NCBI GenBank assembly: GCA_937934655.1
Contig: CALGZB010000056.1
Span: 2,147-66,146, forward strand
Source: an uncultured Acidimicrobiales bacterium
GTDB taxonomy: Bacteria; Actinomycetota; Acidimicrobiia; Acidimicrobiales; SHLQ01
Length of the DNA stretch: 64,000 nt
Direction of reading: 5' to 3'
Shown here: positions 53,245 to 63,173 of the stretch, piece after piece
How the letters are laid out: every line of letters begins with the position of its first letter
Numbering within the stretch: the first letter of the stretch is position 1
Notes under the pieces: generated by a model
Database searches by the model: none
Told to the model about the DNA's origin: nothing
The model's input: only the letters and a program-made list of their open reading frames with translations
Program-made: the position numbers and the translations under genes

Positions 53245-54263
53245 CCGAGTCGGCGTCGGACTACGACTACCTGCTCCCGACCGAGAACATCGCCCAGCAT
53301 CCGGCAGCGGATCGGTCGAGTTCTCGTTTGCTTGTCGATGTCGGGACACAACCGGATGGAACTCCGCTGGTGGAGCATCGCACCACGGCTGACCTCGCCG
53401 AGTTGGTCGGCGAGGGAGATGTTGTGGTGATCAACGACACCAAGGTCATTCCTGCTCGGCTTCGGCTGCGACGATCGACCGGCGGAAAGGCCGAGGTCCT
53501 TCTTCTCGAACCGCAGGGCGACGGCCGCTGGCAGGCACTTGTCCGGCCGAGTAAGAAGCTGCCGCCCGGGAGTCGCCTCGAGGTTGCTCCTGGTTTCGCG
53601 GTGATCATCGAGGACATCCTCGATAACGGGAAACGGCTCGTGTCGCTAGAGACCACCGGGTCGATCGAAGAGGCGCTCGAGGCCTCGGGCGAGTTGCCGC
53701 TGCCGCCGTACATCACCGAGTCGGTGAAAGACCTCGCTCGCTACCAAACCGTTTACGCCACCCATCCGGGTTCGGTGGCAGCCCCCACCGCCGGGTTACA
53801 CCTCACCGATGCAACCATCGCCGCTATGAAGGCCCGAGGTGCGCAGATCGAGCGGGTGCAACTTGCCGTTGGGCTCGACACCTTTCGGCCGCTCAACGAC
53901 GGATCGCTCGACGACCACCACATGCACACCGAGGCGTATCGAGTCCCGGCCGAGACATGGTCGGCGACACAAGACGCCCGCCGCGTAGTTGCGGTCGGTA
54001 CCACCGTGGTGCGCGCGCTCGAATCGGCCGCGGCACGAGGCGAACTCGATGGACGAAGTGATCTGTTTATCCGTCCGCCATATGAGTTCCAGGTGGTCGA
54101 CGCGCTTCTCACGAACTTCCATCTGCCAAAGTCCACATTGCTCGTCATGATCGAGGCCTTCATTGGTCCGAAGTGGCGGGACCTTTACCAACTGGCCATC
54201 GACGATGGGTACCGGATGCTGTCGTTCGGCGACGGAATGTTCTTGACGCGGCAATTTCGATAG
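53241..54263 (+). CDS. queA: S-adenosylmethionine:tRNA ribosyltransferase-isomerase
   Basis: The internal ATG overlaps the ruvB stop (ATGA). [59 protein letters not shown] and [10 protein letters not shown] are present. Confidence 0.9.
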   Translation: MTESASDYDYLLPTENIAQHPAADRSSSRLLVDVGTQPDGTPLVEHRTTADLAELVGEGDVVVINDTKVIPARLRLRRSTGGKAEVLLLEPQGDGRWQALVRPSKKLPPGSRLEVAPGFAVIIEDILDNGKRLVSLETTGSIEEALEASGELPLPPYITESVKDLARYQTVYATHPGSVAAPTAGLHLTDATIAAMKARGAQIERVQLAVGLDTFRPLNDGSLDDHHMHTEAYRVPAETWSATQDARRVVAVGTTVVRALESAAARGELDGRSDLFIRPPYEFQVVDALLTNFHLPKSTLLVMIEAFIGPKWRDLYQLAIDDGYRMLSFGDGMFLTRQFR

Positions 54264-54309
54264 ATCAACGCAGGTCAAGTACCGGTCCAAGGGTGCCGTT
54301 ACTACGAAT

Positions 54310-54711
54310 ATGACCCGTGGAATGGTAGAAGTCGTAACGATCCGTGGCATCGACGTAAAGGTCGGAGATGTCGTACATGCTCGGCCTGAAGAGATGCTCG
54401 GGTGGTTTCTCGTGTCCAAGGTGGCGTCCCTGCCAAATGGGATGATCACGGTGACCGACGAGGGCGAGATCAACGGTTTCCTGATTGAACCGCTTGGAAT
54501 CGTTGGTTTGCAGATTATGGTGCCGCTCGTCGGAGCCAGTCATGCGCCCGCTGTGGGTTCCGGCCCCACCTCGGCGTCCCAGCAGTACGGCGAGGCACAG
54601 GATGCTGCCGATGTCGTGGCCAAAGAAGAAGCCGCAGCAAAAGCCGTTGAAGATGCGGCGACGAAGGAAGAGCAGATCGAACATGCAGAGAAGTCCGGGC
54701 TGTTCTCGTAA
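54310..54711 (+). CDS. Hypothetical protein (133 aa), lineage-specific insert between queA and tgt
   Basis: ATG start. A beta-rich N-terminal half and an Ala/Glu-rich tail. Visibly more A/T-ending codons (gta, gaa, gga, aat, att) than its neighbours. No motif recognised. Confidence 0.4.
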   Translation: MTRGMVEVVTIRGIDVKVGDVVHARPEEMLGWFLVSKVASLPNGMITVTDEGEINGFLIEPLGIVGLQIMVPLVGASHAPAVGSGPTSASQQYGEAQDAADVVAKEEAAAKAVEDAATKEEQIEHAEKSGLFS

Positions 54712-54750
54712 CTCTCTCCTAACTCCCTCTAACTCCCTCCTAACTCCCTT
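54709..54750 (+). repeat. Four tandem 10-11-nt CU-rich units (TAACTCCCTC-like)
   Basis: Read directly: taactctctcc / taactccctc / taactccctcc / taactccctt. The array starts at the stop codon of ORF 54310..54711 and lies about 50 nt upstream of tgt. Confidence 0.9.
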
Positions 54751-54801
54751 CGGATTCGGCCCGCCGCAGGCGCCCGGCTCCGCGTATGCGAGGGTTAGGG
54801 A

Positions 54802-55908
54802 ATGCGCGCAAGTTTCGCACTCGAAGGTTCAGATGGTTCGGCGCGAGCTGGTCGAGTAACGACAGCCCGAGGCTCGTTTCCTACCCCGTGTTTCATGCCG
54901 GTTGGCACGAGGGGAGCGGTACGTCACCTGACCTCTGAGGATCTCCTATCCCTCGATGCACACGTGGTTTTGGGTAACACCTACCACCTCATGCTTCGGC
55001 CGGGCGCTGATACCGTCGAGGCACTTGGCGGGCTTCACGGTTTCACCAAATGGGACCGGCACATGCTCACCGACTCTGGCGGCTACCAGATCTTCTCGCT
55101 GGAGCCGAAGGTCGATGACGAGGGTGCCACGTTTAAGTCGGTGTACGACGGTTCGACCCACAAGCTCACCCCAGAATCTGCGGCCCACATCCAAGGGCAG
55201 CTCGGTGCCGATATTCAGATGGTTCTCGATGTCTGTCCCGGCCTTCCAGCGCCCCGGAAAGTTCTTCGCAACGCCGTCGACACCAGTGCAGCGTGGGCCG
55301 CACGTGCCCGCACCGCGTTTCTTGAGGGGGCGACCGTCGACCGCCAAAGCCAGTTCGGCATCGTGCAAGGCGGCACCGACATCGAGCTTCGCATCGAGAG
55401 CACCCATCGAACGATGGAGATTGGTTTCGACGGCTATGCAGTGGGCGGACTTTCGGTTGGCGAGAGCCAAGGCGAGATGGTGGAGGCGCTTGGTGTGGTG
55501 ACCGAGCTTCTGCCGGCAGACCAACCCCGGTACTTCATGGGCCTAGGCGACCCGGTGGGTATCGTCGACGCCGTCGCCAATGGCGTCGACATGTTTGATT
55601 GTGTGCTGCCGACGCGGCTCGCCCGTCACGGCACGTTGCTTACCTCGGCCGGGCGAACCAATCTGACCCGAGCCGAGTATCAGCGCAGCGAAGACCCTCT
55701 CGATCCGGATAGTCCCGGGAGTCCCGCCGCCACATGGTCAAAGGGTTATCTACGCCACCTGCTGATGGTGAAGGAGCCAACCGCGGCCCGCGTGCTGACC
55801 CTTCATAACCTGTGGTGGTTACTTCGATTCGTCGACGATCTGCGCGAAGCGATCCTCGAAGGGCGGTTCGAGGCGTTCCAAAGCCAGGTTCATGACACCT
55901 GGGGCTAG
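54802..55908 (+). CDS. tgt: Queuine tRNA-ribosyltransferase
   Basis: TPCFMPVGT, VLGNTYHL, TDSGGYQ, GLSVGE, YFMGLG, DMFDCV and a C-terminal region are canonical Tgt motifs. Confidence 0.95.
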   Translation: MRASFALEGSDGSARAGRVTTARGSFPTPCFMPVGTRGAVRHLTSEDLLSLDAHVVLGNTYHLMLRPGADTVEALGGLHGFTKWDRHMLTDSGGYQIFSLEPKVDDEGATFKSVYDGSTHKLTPESAAHIQGQLGADIQMVLDVCPGLPAPRKVLRNAVDTSAAWAARARTAFLEGATVDRQSQFGIVQGGTDIELRIESTHRTMEIGFDGYAVGGLSVGESQGEMVEALGVVTELLPADQPRYFMGLGDPVGIVDAVANGVDMFDCVLPTRLARHGTLLTSAGRTNLTRAEYQRSEDPLDPDSPGSPAATWSKGYLRHLLMVKEPTAARVLTLHNLWWLLRFVDDLREAILEGRFEAFQSQVHDTWG

Positions 55909-56011
55909 GCGTTTTTCCGGGTAGGGCGTTACAAAAACCCATTGCCCGTGCCGCAAGAGCGCACCTGCGGGCCTATAGGCTCAATCGGTCCGGTGAAAGG
56001 AGCCGATTCCC

Positions 56012-56386
56012 ATGGGTCAGCTGATAATTCTGGCGGTTTTTGCCGTCTTGATGTACGTGTTGCTTATTCTTCCGCAGCAAAAGCGCGTCAAGGAGCAGCA
56101 AGCGCTGCTTCGAAGCCTCAAAGAGGGCGATCATGTACTCACCACCAGTGGTGTCTACGGAAACATTGTTGAGTTCGAAGGTCCGGTGCTTTGGCTTGAA
56201 GTCGCCAAAGGCGTCGAGATCAAAGTGGCACGCGAAGCGGTTACCTCGATCGTGGGCGACACCAGCAACGATGACGCGTCCGACGATGACGCTCCAGCAA
56301 AGAAGTCCAAGCTCGAGAAGTTCCAGGAATCCCTGGCCGAAAAGACCGATAGCGCCGACGACGGCGTGGAAGTAGACGACGAATGA
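56012..56386 (+). CDS. yajC: Preprotein translocase subunit YajC
   Basis: A single TM, then QQKRVKEQQALLRSLKEGDHVLTTSGVYG. A GAAAGGAG RBS lies upstream. The C-terminal tail is acidic. Confidence 0.85.
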   Translation: MGQLIILAVFAVLMYVLLILPQQKRVKEQQALLRSLKEGDHVLTTSGVYGNIVEFEGPVLWLEVAKGVEIKVAREAVTSIVGDTSNDDASDDDAPAKKSKLEKFQESLAEKTDSADDGVEVDDE

Positions 56387-58005
56387 GTCGAAGACAGCTG
56401 GTCCATCTGATCGGCATCACCGTGCTGTCCATTGCTGGCCTTATCGCCACCTTTGCGGCCGGTAACGAGCCCCTCCTGGGGCTTGACCTTCAGGGCGGTG
56501 TCGAGGTGCGCTACCAGGCCACCGAGGAAACCACTACCGAGAGTCTCGACCAGGCCGTCGAAATTATCCGAAGCCGCGTCGACAGCCTCGGTGTCGCCGA
56601 ACCCGAGATCTCTCGGGTCGATGAAGGCATCCTGGTACAGCTTCCGGGCGTAAAGGACACCGATCGTGCCCTCGAGCTCGTTGGCGCAACCGCCGAACTT
56701 GAGTTCCGTCCGGTTGTCCAGCGGTTCAACCCCGAAGCCACACTTGCTGACGCTGGCATTGACGATCCCGTCGAGTTCTACGACGAGGCAATCGCATCGA
56801 GTCAGGCCGCCGAAGTCTCGACCACATTGGCTCCTGATACGACCGTTGCGGAAGGCGCTGAAGAGTTCCCCTCGACCAGCGTGCCCGGAACAACGATCCC
56901 GCCGACAACTACCACCATTCTTGAGACCGACGAAGAGAAGATCGAGTTCGTCGAAAACCTCTTCGGCATCGGACAAGCGCCCAGTCTCACCGATCTCGAA
57001 GACGACGATGGCACGACCAACGTCATCATGGCCGAGTTCGATGATGAAGGAAACGAAACCGCTCGCTACGAGCTTGGCCCCGTTGGCCTCAAGGGCGAAG
57101 GCCTCACCGATGCTAACGCCGTTCTCCAAGGTGTCGAATGGGTGGTAGCGCCCGAATTTAAAGCCGGCGACGAAGGCATCAATGCCTTCAACGCCATCGC
57201 TACGGCGTGCTTTAACCGGGACCCCACCTGTTCGGTCGGTGCAGTCGCTATGGCGCTCGACGGTCGCGTCATTAGTGCGCCCCAGGTAAACGCTGCGGAG
57301 TTCGGCCGCGACCAGATCACGATCAGCGGTGGCCCATTCAGTGAACAAGAGGCCAAAGACCTCGCCGTTGCGCTCCGCTTTGGTGCGCTTCCCGTCGAGC
57401 TTGAGCCCGAGCAACAGCGGGTCGTTTCAGGTTCGCTTGGCGATGACGCACTCAACGCCGGCATGATCGCCGGTCTCATCGGTCTTGCGCTCGTCGCCGT
57501 CTATGTCATCTGGTACTACCGGGTGCTTGGCATGGTCGCGATCGCCAGCCTGCTTATCTCCGGAGCATTGCTCTGGACCATTATCTCCTGGCTAGGAACC
57601 ACGCAAGGTTTGGCGCTCACGCTCGCTGGCATCACTGGCTTGATTGTGTCGATCGGTGTTTCGGTCGACTCCAACATCGTGTATTTCGAGCACGTCAAGG
57701 AAGACATGCGTAACGGCCGGACCCTTGGGTCTTCGGTCGAACGGGCATTCCCGATCGCCTTCAGCACCATCGTGAAGGCCGATGTGGCCTCGCTGATTGC
57801 TGCGGTGCTTCTTTATGCACTCACCAGTGGAGCGGTTCGAGGCTTTGCCTTCTATCTCGGACTGGCGACAATTCTTGACCTTGTCGCCACCTACTTCTTC
57901 ATGGGACCAGCAGTGAAATGGCTTGCCCGGCACTTTGCCGACAAGCCCCAATCGTTTGGGGTTGGCGCACTTGCGGCATCCGCAGCAGCAGGGGAGTCAG
58001 CATGA
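56383..58005 (+). CDS. secD: Protein translocase subunit SecD
   Basis: ATGA overlap with yajC. LGLDLQGG, a periplasmic-type domain, and 5 C-terminal TMs containing SIGVSVDSNIV. Confidence 0.9.
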   Translation: MSRRQLVHLIGITVLSIAGLIATFAAGNEPLLGLDLQGGVEVRYQATEETTTESLDQAVEIIRSRVDSLGVAEPEISRVDEGILVQLPGVKDTDRALELVGATAELEFRPVVQRFNPEATLADAGIDDPVEFYDEAIASSQAAEVSTTLAPDTTVAEGAEEFPSTSVPGTTIPPTTTTILETDEEKIEFVENLFGIGQAPSLTDLEDDDGTTNVIMAEFDDEGNETARYELGPVGLKGEGLTDANAVLQGVEWVVAPEFKAGDEGINAFNAIATACFNRDPTCSVGAVAMALDGRVISAPQVNAAEFGRDQITISGGPFSEQEAKDLAVALRFGALPVELEPEQQRVVSGSLGDDALNAGMIAGLIGLALVAVYVIWYYRVLGMVAIASLLISGALLWTIISWLGTTQGLALTLAGITGLIVSIGVSVDSNIVYFEHVKEDMRNGRTLGSSVERAFPIAFSTIVKADVASLIAAVLLYALTSGAVRGFAFYLGLATILDLVATYFFMGPAVKWLARHFADKPQSFGVGALAASAAAGESA

Positions 58006-59267
58006 GCACTATTGGCGACATCTTCAAAGGCACCAACAACATCGACTTTCCCAAGATGTGGAGGCCAGCGGCCATTGCGTCGTTGACCCTCATCTTTTTG
58101 AGCGTCGGTGCCTTCTTTGTGCAGGGACTCAATTTGGGTATCGATTTCGAGGGCGGTACCTCGTTCGAAGTCGTGTCACCAGGAACCTCCGTTTCCGAAG
58201 CTCGCGACTTCCTCTCGGGCCTCGGTGCGGCGGACTCCAAGATCCAGATCGTCGACGGCGACACACTCCGGATCCGTTCTGACATCGAAGACCCCGTTCG
58301 GGCAGGCGAGATCCGCAATGAGCTGGCCGCCCTTGGAGACGTGACCGGCTTCGAATCGGTTGGTCCGACGTGGGGCGAAGAGATCACCCAGAAAGCCACA
58401 CGGGCTCTGCTGTTCTTCTTCCTGGCAATCGCGGTCTACATTTCGGCGCGTCTCGAATGGCGAATGGCCGTGGGGGCGCTCGTCGCGGTTATCCACGACT
58501 TGATTATCAGCGTGGGTATTTACTCGATCTTTCAATTCGAGGTGACGCCAGCAACTGTTATCGCCTTCCTGACGATCATGGGTTACTCCCTGTACGACAC
58601 GATTGTGGTGTACGACAAGGTTCACGAAGTCACCGCCCGGGTCGGTGCGACCGGCAAGTACACCTACACCGAGATGATGAACCTGGCGCTGAACCGGGTC
58701 ATTATGCGTTCGTTGAACACCACGGTCACCTCGGTTCTTCCGGTGCTCTCGATGCTCATCATCGGTGCGTTCATCCTTGGTGCCGTCACCCTTCAAGAGT
58801 TTGCTATCGCTCTGTTGGTGGGCCTCATCGTCGGCGGTTACTCGTCGCTCTTTGTTGCTTCGTCGATCGTGGCGTGGCTCAAGGAGAAGGAACCTCGCCA
58901 CAGCGAGATTCGCGACAAGCTCGAAGCCAAGGGCCTTACCGAAGGCACCCGAACCGTCGACAACGACGATGCGGTGCTTGGAACGACACCTCGTCGTGGT
59001 GCCGGTGCAAAACGCACCGATACCGCATTGAAGGATCGCCCGATTTCGGCCGACGAAGGTCCCGACGCATCCGACACCGATGCGAAGCCCGTTTCGAAAG
59101 CCAAGACCGAGAAATCCAAGACAGAGAAGTCCAAGACTGAGTCTCCCAAATCCGACAAGTCCGACAAGTCAGACAAGGCCGAGTCTTCCAAAGCTGCTCC
59201 AGCGGCATCTGGTTCGGAACCGGGAGGGTCGATCCCGCCCCGGCCAAGAAAGAAGAAGAAGCGCTAA
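58002..59267 (+). CDS. secF: Protein translocase subunit SecF with Lys/Ser/Asp-rich C-terminal tail
   Basis: The internal ATG overlaps the secD stop. GIDFEGGT and the TM bundle containing GYSLYDTIVV are present. The ~110-aa disordered tail contains KTEKSKTEKSKTESPKSDKSDKSDK and ends RPRKKKKR. Confidence 0.9.
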   Translation: MSTIGDIFKGTNNIDFPKMWRPAAIASLTLIFLSVGAFFVQGLNLGIDFEGGTSFEVVSPGTSVSEARDFLSGLGAADSKIQIVDGDTLRIRSDIEDPVRAGEIRNELAALGDVTGFESVGPTWGEEITQKATRALLFFFLAIAVYISARLEWRMAVGALVAVIHDLIISVGIYSIFQFEVTPATVIAFLTIMGYSLYDTIVVYDKVHEVTARVGATGKYTYTEMMNLALNRVIMRSLNTTVTSVLPVLSMLIIGAFILGAVTLQEFAIALLVGLIVGGYSSLFVASSIVAWLKEKEPRHSEIRDKLEAKGLTEGTRTVDNDDAVLGTTPRRGAGAKRTDTALKDRPISADEGPDASDTDAKPVSKAKTEKSKTEKSKTESPKSDKSDKSDKAESSKAAPAASGSEPGGSIPPRPRKKKKR

Positions 59268-59321
59268 TCCCAGAAACGGTTGCCAGGCACCGGAGCCGGT
59301 TAGCCCCGGTATCGTGAAGGC

Positions 59322-59852
59322 ATGACCGACACGACCTGGCTACGGGATCTCGTTCGCACAATTCCCGATTACCCGGAAGCGGGGGTCAGCTTCAAAGACA
59401 TCACACCGCTGCTCGGGAACGCCGATGCCTTCCGGTTCGCCGCCGATGCGCTGGCGGATCGGTACACCGGCTCGTCGATCGATCTGGTCATCGGCGTCGA
59501 AGCCAGAGGCTTCATCACCGGCGCTCCCGTTGCGTACCGCATTGGTGCGGGGTTCGTCCCGGTTCGCAAAGCGGGGAAGCTGCCCTTCGAAACAGTGTCG
59601 GAGGAGTACTCGCTCGAGTACGGCATCGATCAGCTTGAGATGCACGTCGACGCGATCGAGCCGGGTCACAACGTGCTCATCATCGATGACGTGTTGGCCA
59701 CCGGCGGAACGGCCGAGGCCACCGCCAAGCTTGTCGAGCGTGCCGGTGCCACGGTGGCGGGCTTCGGATTCTGGATTGAGCTGGCATTTTTGGGTGGGCG
59801 TGCCAAGCTTGGCGACGTGCCTGTCACCTCGCTCATCACCTACACGGACTAA
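59322..59852 (+). CDS. apt: Adenine phosphoribosyltransferase
   Basis: FKDITPLL, GVEARGF and VLIIDDVLATGGTA (PRPP loop). Confidence 0.9.
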   Translation: MTDTTWLRDLVRTIPDYPEAGVSFKDITPLLGNADAFRFAADALADRYTGSSIDLVIGVEARGFITGAPVAYRIGAGFVPVRKAGKLPFETVSEEYSLEYGIDQLEMHVDAIEPGHNVLIIDDVLATGGTAEATAKLVERAGATVAGFGFWIELAFLGGRAKLGDVPVTSLITYTD

Positions 59853-59866
59853 GCGGAGGCATCACG

Positions 59867-62083
59867 ATGTTCCCCAGCGCTCGTGTTCTTCCTTGGCGGC
59901 GACATAGTGAGTCGTTGCACGGCGAGTTCGATTCATTGCTCGAGACGTTTCTCAGCCACCACCCCGACGAAGATGTTGTCCCGCTTCACCGGGCGTTCCA
60001 GATCGCTGAGTCGGCCCATGACGGTCAGACCCGCAAGTCTGGGGAGGCCTACATTCATCACCCGATCGCGGTTGCCCGCCTCGTGGCCGAGTTGGGATTC
60101 GATGGCACCTCCGTTATGGCTGCCATGCTGCACGATGCACTCGAAGATACGCCGATCACGCGCGACGAATTGGTGGCGGAGTTTGGCGCTGACCTCGCGC
60201 TGATTGTCGACGGGGTCACCAAACTCGACCGGGTGCACTTCGACAGCAAAGAGGAGCAGCAATCGGCCTCGATGCGCAAGATGATGGTGGCTATCGCACA
60301 AGACGTGCGAGTGCTGATTATCAAACTCGCCGACCGGCTCCACAATCTTCGGACCATCGCAGCCCTACCGGAGTGGAAACAGGAGCGCACGGCTCGTGAG
60401 ACCCTCGATGTCTACGCCCCGCTTGCTCAGCGAATGGGCATGAACCTGATGAAGCAGCAGCTCGAGGATCTGTCGTTCGCAGCGCTTCACCCGAAACGGT
60501 TCAGCGAGATCGACCAGATGGTTACCGAACGTGACCCGGAGCGCGAACTTCTCCTCCAGCAGGTCATCGGCGCCGTCGAGATCGAATTGGCCGAACTTGG
60601 GATCGACGCCACGATCTCAGGACGACCAAAGCACCTTTGGAGCATCTACGAGAAGATGGTCGTGAAGGGGCGGACCTTCGATGACATCTACGATCTCGTT
60701 GGCATCCGCGTTGTGGTCCCGTCGGTGCGCGATTGCTACTCGGCGCTCGGAACCATCCACGCCACGTGGCACCCAGTACCCGGGCGCTTCAAGGACTACA
60801 TCGCAATGCCCAAATTCAACCTCTACCAGTCGTTGCACACGACGGTGGTTGGACCCCAAGGCCGGCCTCTAGAGATTCAGATTCGTACGAAAGAAATGGA
60901 CGACCGGGCCGAAAGTGGCGTTGCGTCGCACTCGCAATACAAAGGCGAAGATGAACTCAACGACAAAGCCTGGTTGAACCGCATCATCGACTGGGAAGGT
61001 GAATCCGGCGGTACGACCTACATGGAGAACCTTCGGGTCGACCTCGACCACGACGAGGTCTATGTGTTCACGCCTGATGGCGATGTCATCACCCTTCCGG
61101 TCGGAGCGACGACGGTCGATATGGCCTACGCAGTGCACACCGATGTTGGACACGCCTGCATCGGCGGTCGTATCAACGGCAAGCTGGTACCCATCGAGAC
61201 GCGGCTCGCCTCGGGCGACACGGTCGAAGTCGTAACCTCAAAGAACGCCGAGGCTGGTCCGTCGCGAGATTGGCTGACCTTCGTGGTGAGCCATCGCGCG
61301 AGCTCCAAGATCAAGCAGTGGTTTCTTCGAGAACGACGCGAGGACGCTCAGGCCAACGGCCGAGACGACATGTCGAAGGCCTTGCGACGCGCCGGTATGG
61401 CTATCCAGAAGATGCTTGGCAGCGAAGCGCTGCTCGAAGTGGCATCGGACATGAACTACACCGATCTCGAACAGCTCTTTGTGGCCGTTGGCGAAGGACA
61501 TGTCACCGCCAACTCGGTCATCGAGAAACTCAAGCGACATATCGAAGAGCCAGATGCGGGTGTGCCCCAGAAGCTGCCTGCGACAACCATGCCGGAACGT
61601 GTCGACCGGCGTAGCCATAGCGTGGTGGGCGTCAACGTCGAGGGTCTTCCCGACGTCATGGTTCGCCTCGCTCAGTGCTGCACGCCGGTGCCGCCCGACG
61701 AGATCATGGGATTCGTCACCATGGGTCGGGGCGTTTCGGTTCACCGCGCCGACTGCACCAATGCGGATTCATTGCTCACCCAATCCGAACGGCTCATCGA
61801 CGTCGAGTGGGATCTCGCCCACGGTGCCGAGTTCGTCTCGGGTATCGAGGTGAAGGCCCTCGATCGCAGCTACCTGCTGAACGACCTCACCCGAGTGCTG
61901 TCTGACAATCAGATCAACATTTGTGGTGCATCGACAGCGACAGGAGCCGATCGGGTCGCCCGGTTCCGGTTCGAGATCGAGGTTGGCGACGTGTCGCAAC
62001 TCAATGACACGCTTCGGCAGCTCCGTACCGTTGATGGCGTTTACGACGTGTACCGCACCATGGGTTCAAATATTCACAGTTAG
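59867..62083 (+). CDS. relA: Bifunctional (p)ppGpp synthetase/hydrolase (RSH family)
   Basis: HD domain (HPIAVA ... LHDALEDT), synthetase domain (RPKHLWSIYEKM, YQSLHTTV), a TGS domain and a C-terminal ACT-like domain. 738 aa. Confidence 0.95.
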   Translation: MFPSARVLPWRRHSESLHGEFDSLLETFLSHHPDEDVVPLHRAFQIAESAHDGQTRKSGEAYIHHPIAVARLVAELGFDGTSVMAAMLHDALEDTPITRDELVAEFGADLALIVDGVTKLDRVHFDSKEEQQSASMRKMMVAIAQDVRVLIIKLADRLHNLRTIAALPEWKQERTARETLDVYAPLAQRMGMNLMKQQLEDLSFAALHPKRFSEIDQMVTERDPERELLLQQVIGAVEIELAELGIDATISGRPKHLWSIYEKMVVKGRTFDDIYDLVGIRVVVPSVRDCYSALGTIHATWHPVPGRFKDYIAMPKFNLYQSLHTTVVGPQGRPLEIQIRTKEMDDRAESGVASHSQYKGEDELNDKAWLNRIIDWEGESGGTTYMENLRVDLDHDEVYVFTPDGDVITLPVGATTVDMAYAVHTDVGHACIGGRINGKLVPIETRLASGDTVEVVTSKNAEAGPSRDWLTFVVSHRASSKIKQWFLRERREDAQANGRDDMSKALRRAGMAIQKMLGSEALLEVASDMNYTDLEQLFVAVGEGHVTANSVIEKLKRHIEEPDAGVPQKLPATTMPERVDRRSHSVVGVNVEGLPDVMVRLAQCCTPVPPDEIMGFVTMGRGVSVHRADCTNADSLLTQSERLIDVEWDLAHGAEFVSGIEVKALDRSYLLNDLTRVLSDNQINICGASTATGADRVARFRFEIEVGDVSQLNDTLRQLRTVDGVYDVYRTMGSNIHS

Positions 62084-63069
62084 GCGGGCGTGTCCGGGAA
62101 CGGAAGTGGCCCAAGTCGCCGGCTCCAGCGGAGACGGACGAGAAGCGACAGCACGACCACAACAACGGCGGCGATGATGCCATAGAAGGTTGCGGCTGCG
62201 ATGGCGTCGTCAATCGCGTCCTGGCGGGCAACGATGGTGCCATCGGCCCAGTCGAGTATCGGCAGGGTTGCGTAGTAGGCCGCTGGTGCGATCGCAAGAA
62301 CCGCAATCAGCGAAACAATCGAATGGGCGATCTGTTCGTGTGCCCGTCGCATGATTGTCGACGACAGCAGTGCAAGCAGTGCAAGCCCTAGGGCAGCTGC
62401 GATTACGACACCGGTAAGTTCTGGCCAAACATGGATAAAGCTGCCGGTGAGTTCGGGAGCCTGCCAGTGGTCGATCGATCGTCGGTCCCACGTGCCGTCT
62501 GGTCGGCCGAGGAGTAGGCCATTTTCGGCGGTGGCCGCAACGACGAGTGAGTCGCCCCTCTGGCTTACGATGGTCATGTCGACGATCGTGGGATATCCGT
62601 CGGGGGCGAACCGGTCGCGCCCCTCGGCGAGGGCAAAGTCTTCCGCCCAAGTCGCACCGCCATCATCGGAGCGTTCGACCGTGGTGCCGGCGGCGCGCCA
62701 GCAGGTCTCGTCGTTGCAGATTTCGAGCATCTGTTCGAGCGCAACCTGGGGTGCATCAAAGCCGAAGTTGGGATCGTTGGGATCGTCAGACCCGTATCGT
62801 TCGGGGGAGAGCAGCGTCCACGTCGCTCCTCCGTCGCGGCTTTCGGTGACGTCGTACCAGTGCTCGCCCTCGGACCGCGCCTCAAGGATGAAGCGGTCGC
62901 CTTCGATGTCGGCGATGGGGCCGGGGGTACGGTCGCCACAAGCGCTAAGCAGAAGGGCGGCACCAAGCAAAAGGGCGCCGATCGCACGCTGGCCGAGTAG
63001 CGGCCTTTGCGGAGCGGCGACAGCGGAGAGCGTGGGCGATGAGTTGGGGGTGTTGGTGGTGGTGCGCAA
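62080..63069 (-). CDS. Lipoprotein with two BNR/Asp-box motifs and C-terminal transmembrane helices
   Basis: Lipobox LLSAC. Asp-boxes SRDGGATW and SDDGGATW. About 3 hydrophobic helices in the last 120 aa. Confidence 0.55.
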   Translation of the reverse strand: MRTTTNTPNSSPTLSAVAAPQRPLLGQRAIGALLLGAALLLSACGDRTPGPIADIEGDRFILEARSEGEHWYDVTESRDGGATWTLLSPERYGSDDPNDPNFGFDAPQVALEQMLEICNDETCWRAAGTTVERSDDGGATWAEDFALAEGRDRFAPDGYPTIVDMTIVSQRGDSLVVAATAENGLLLGRPDGTWDRRSIDHWQAPELTGSFIHVWPELTGVVIAAALGLALLALLSSTIMRRAHEQIAHSIVSLIAVLAIAPAAYYATLPILDWADGTIVARQDAIDDAIAAATFYGIIAAVVVVVLSLLVRLRWSRRLGPLPFPDTPA

Positions 63070-63173
63070 GTTCGTGGGTGTCGCCAGGGGACGGCTGGAG
63101 GGATGATTGGGCTAAGAGAGCTGCGGACGGAGCCGCCTGTGGATTGTCGAGCGTGGTCCGGTAGACCAGAGCT

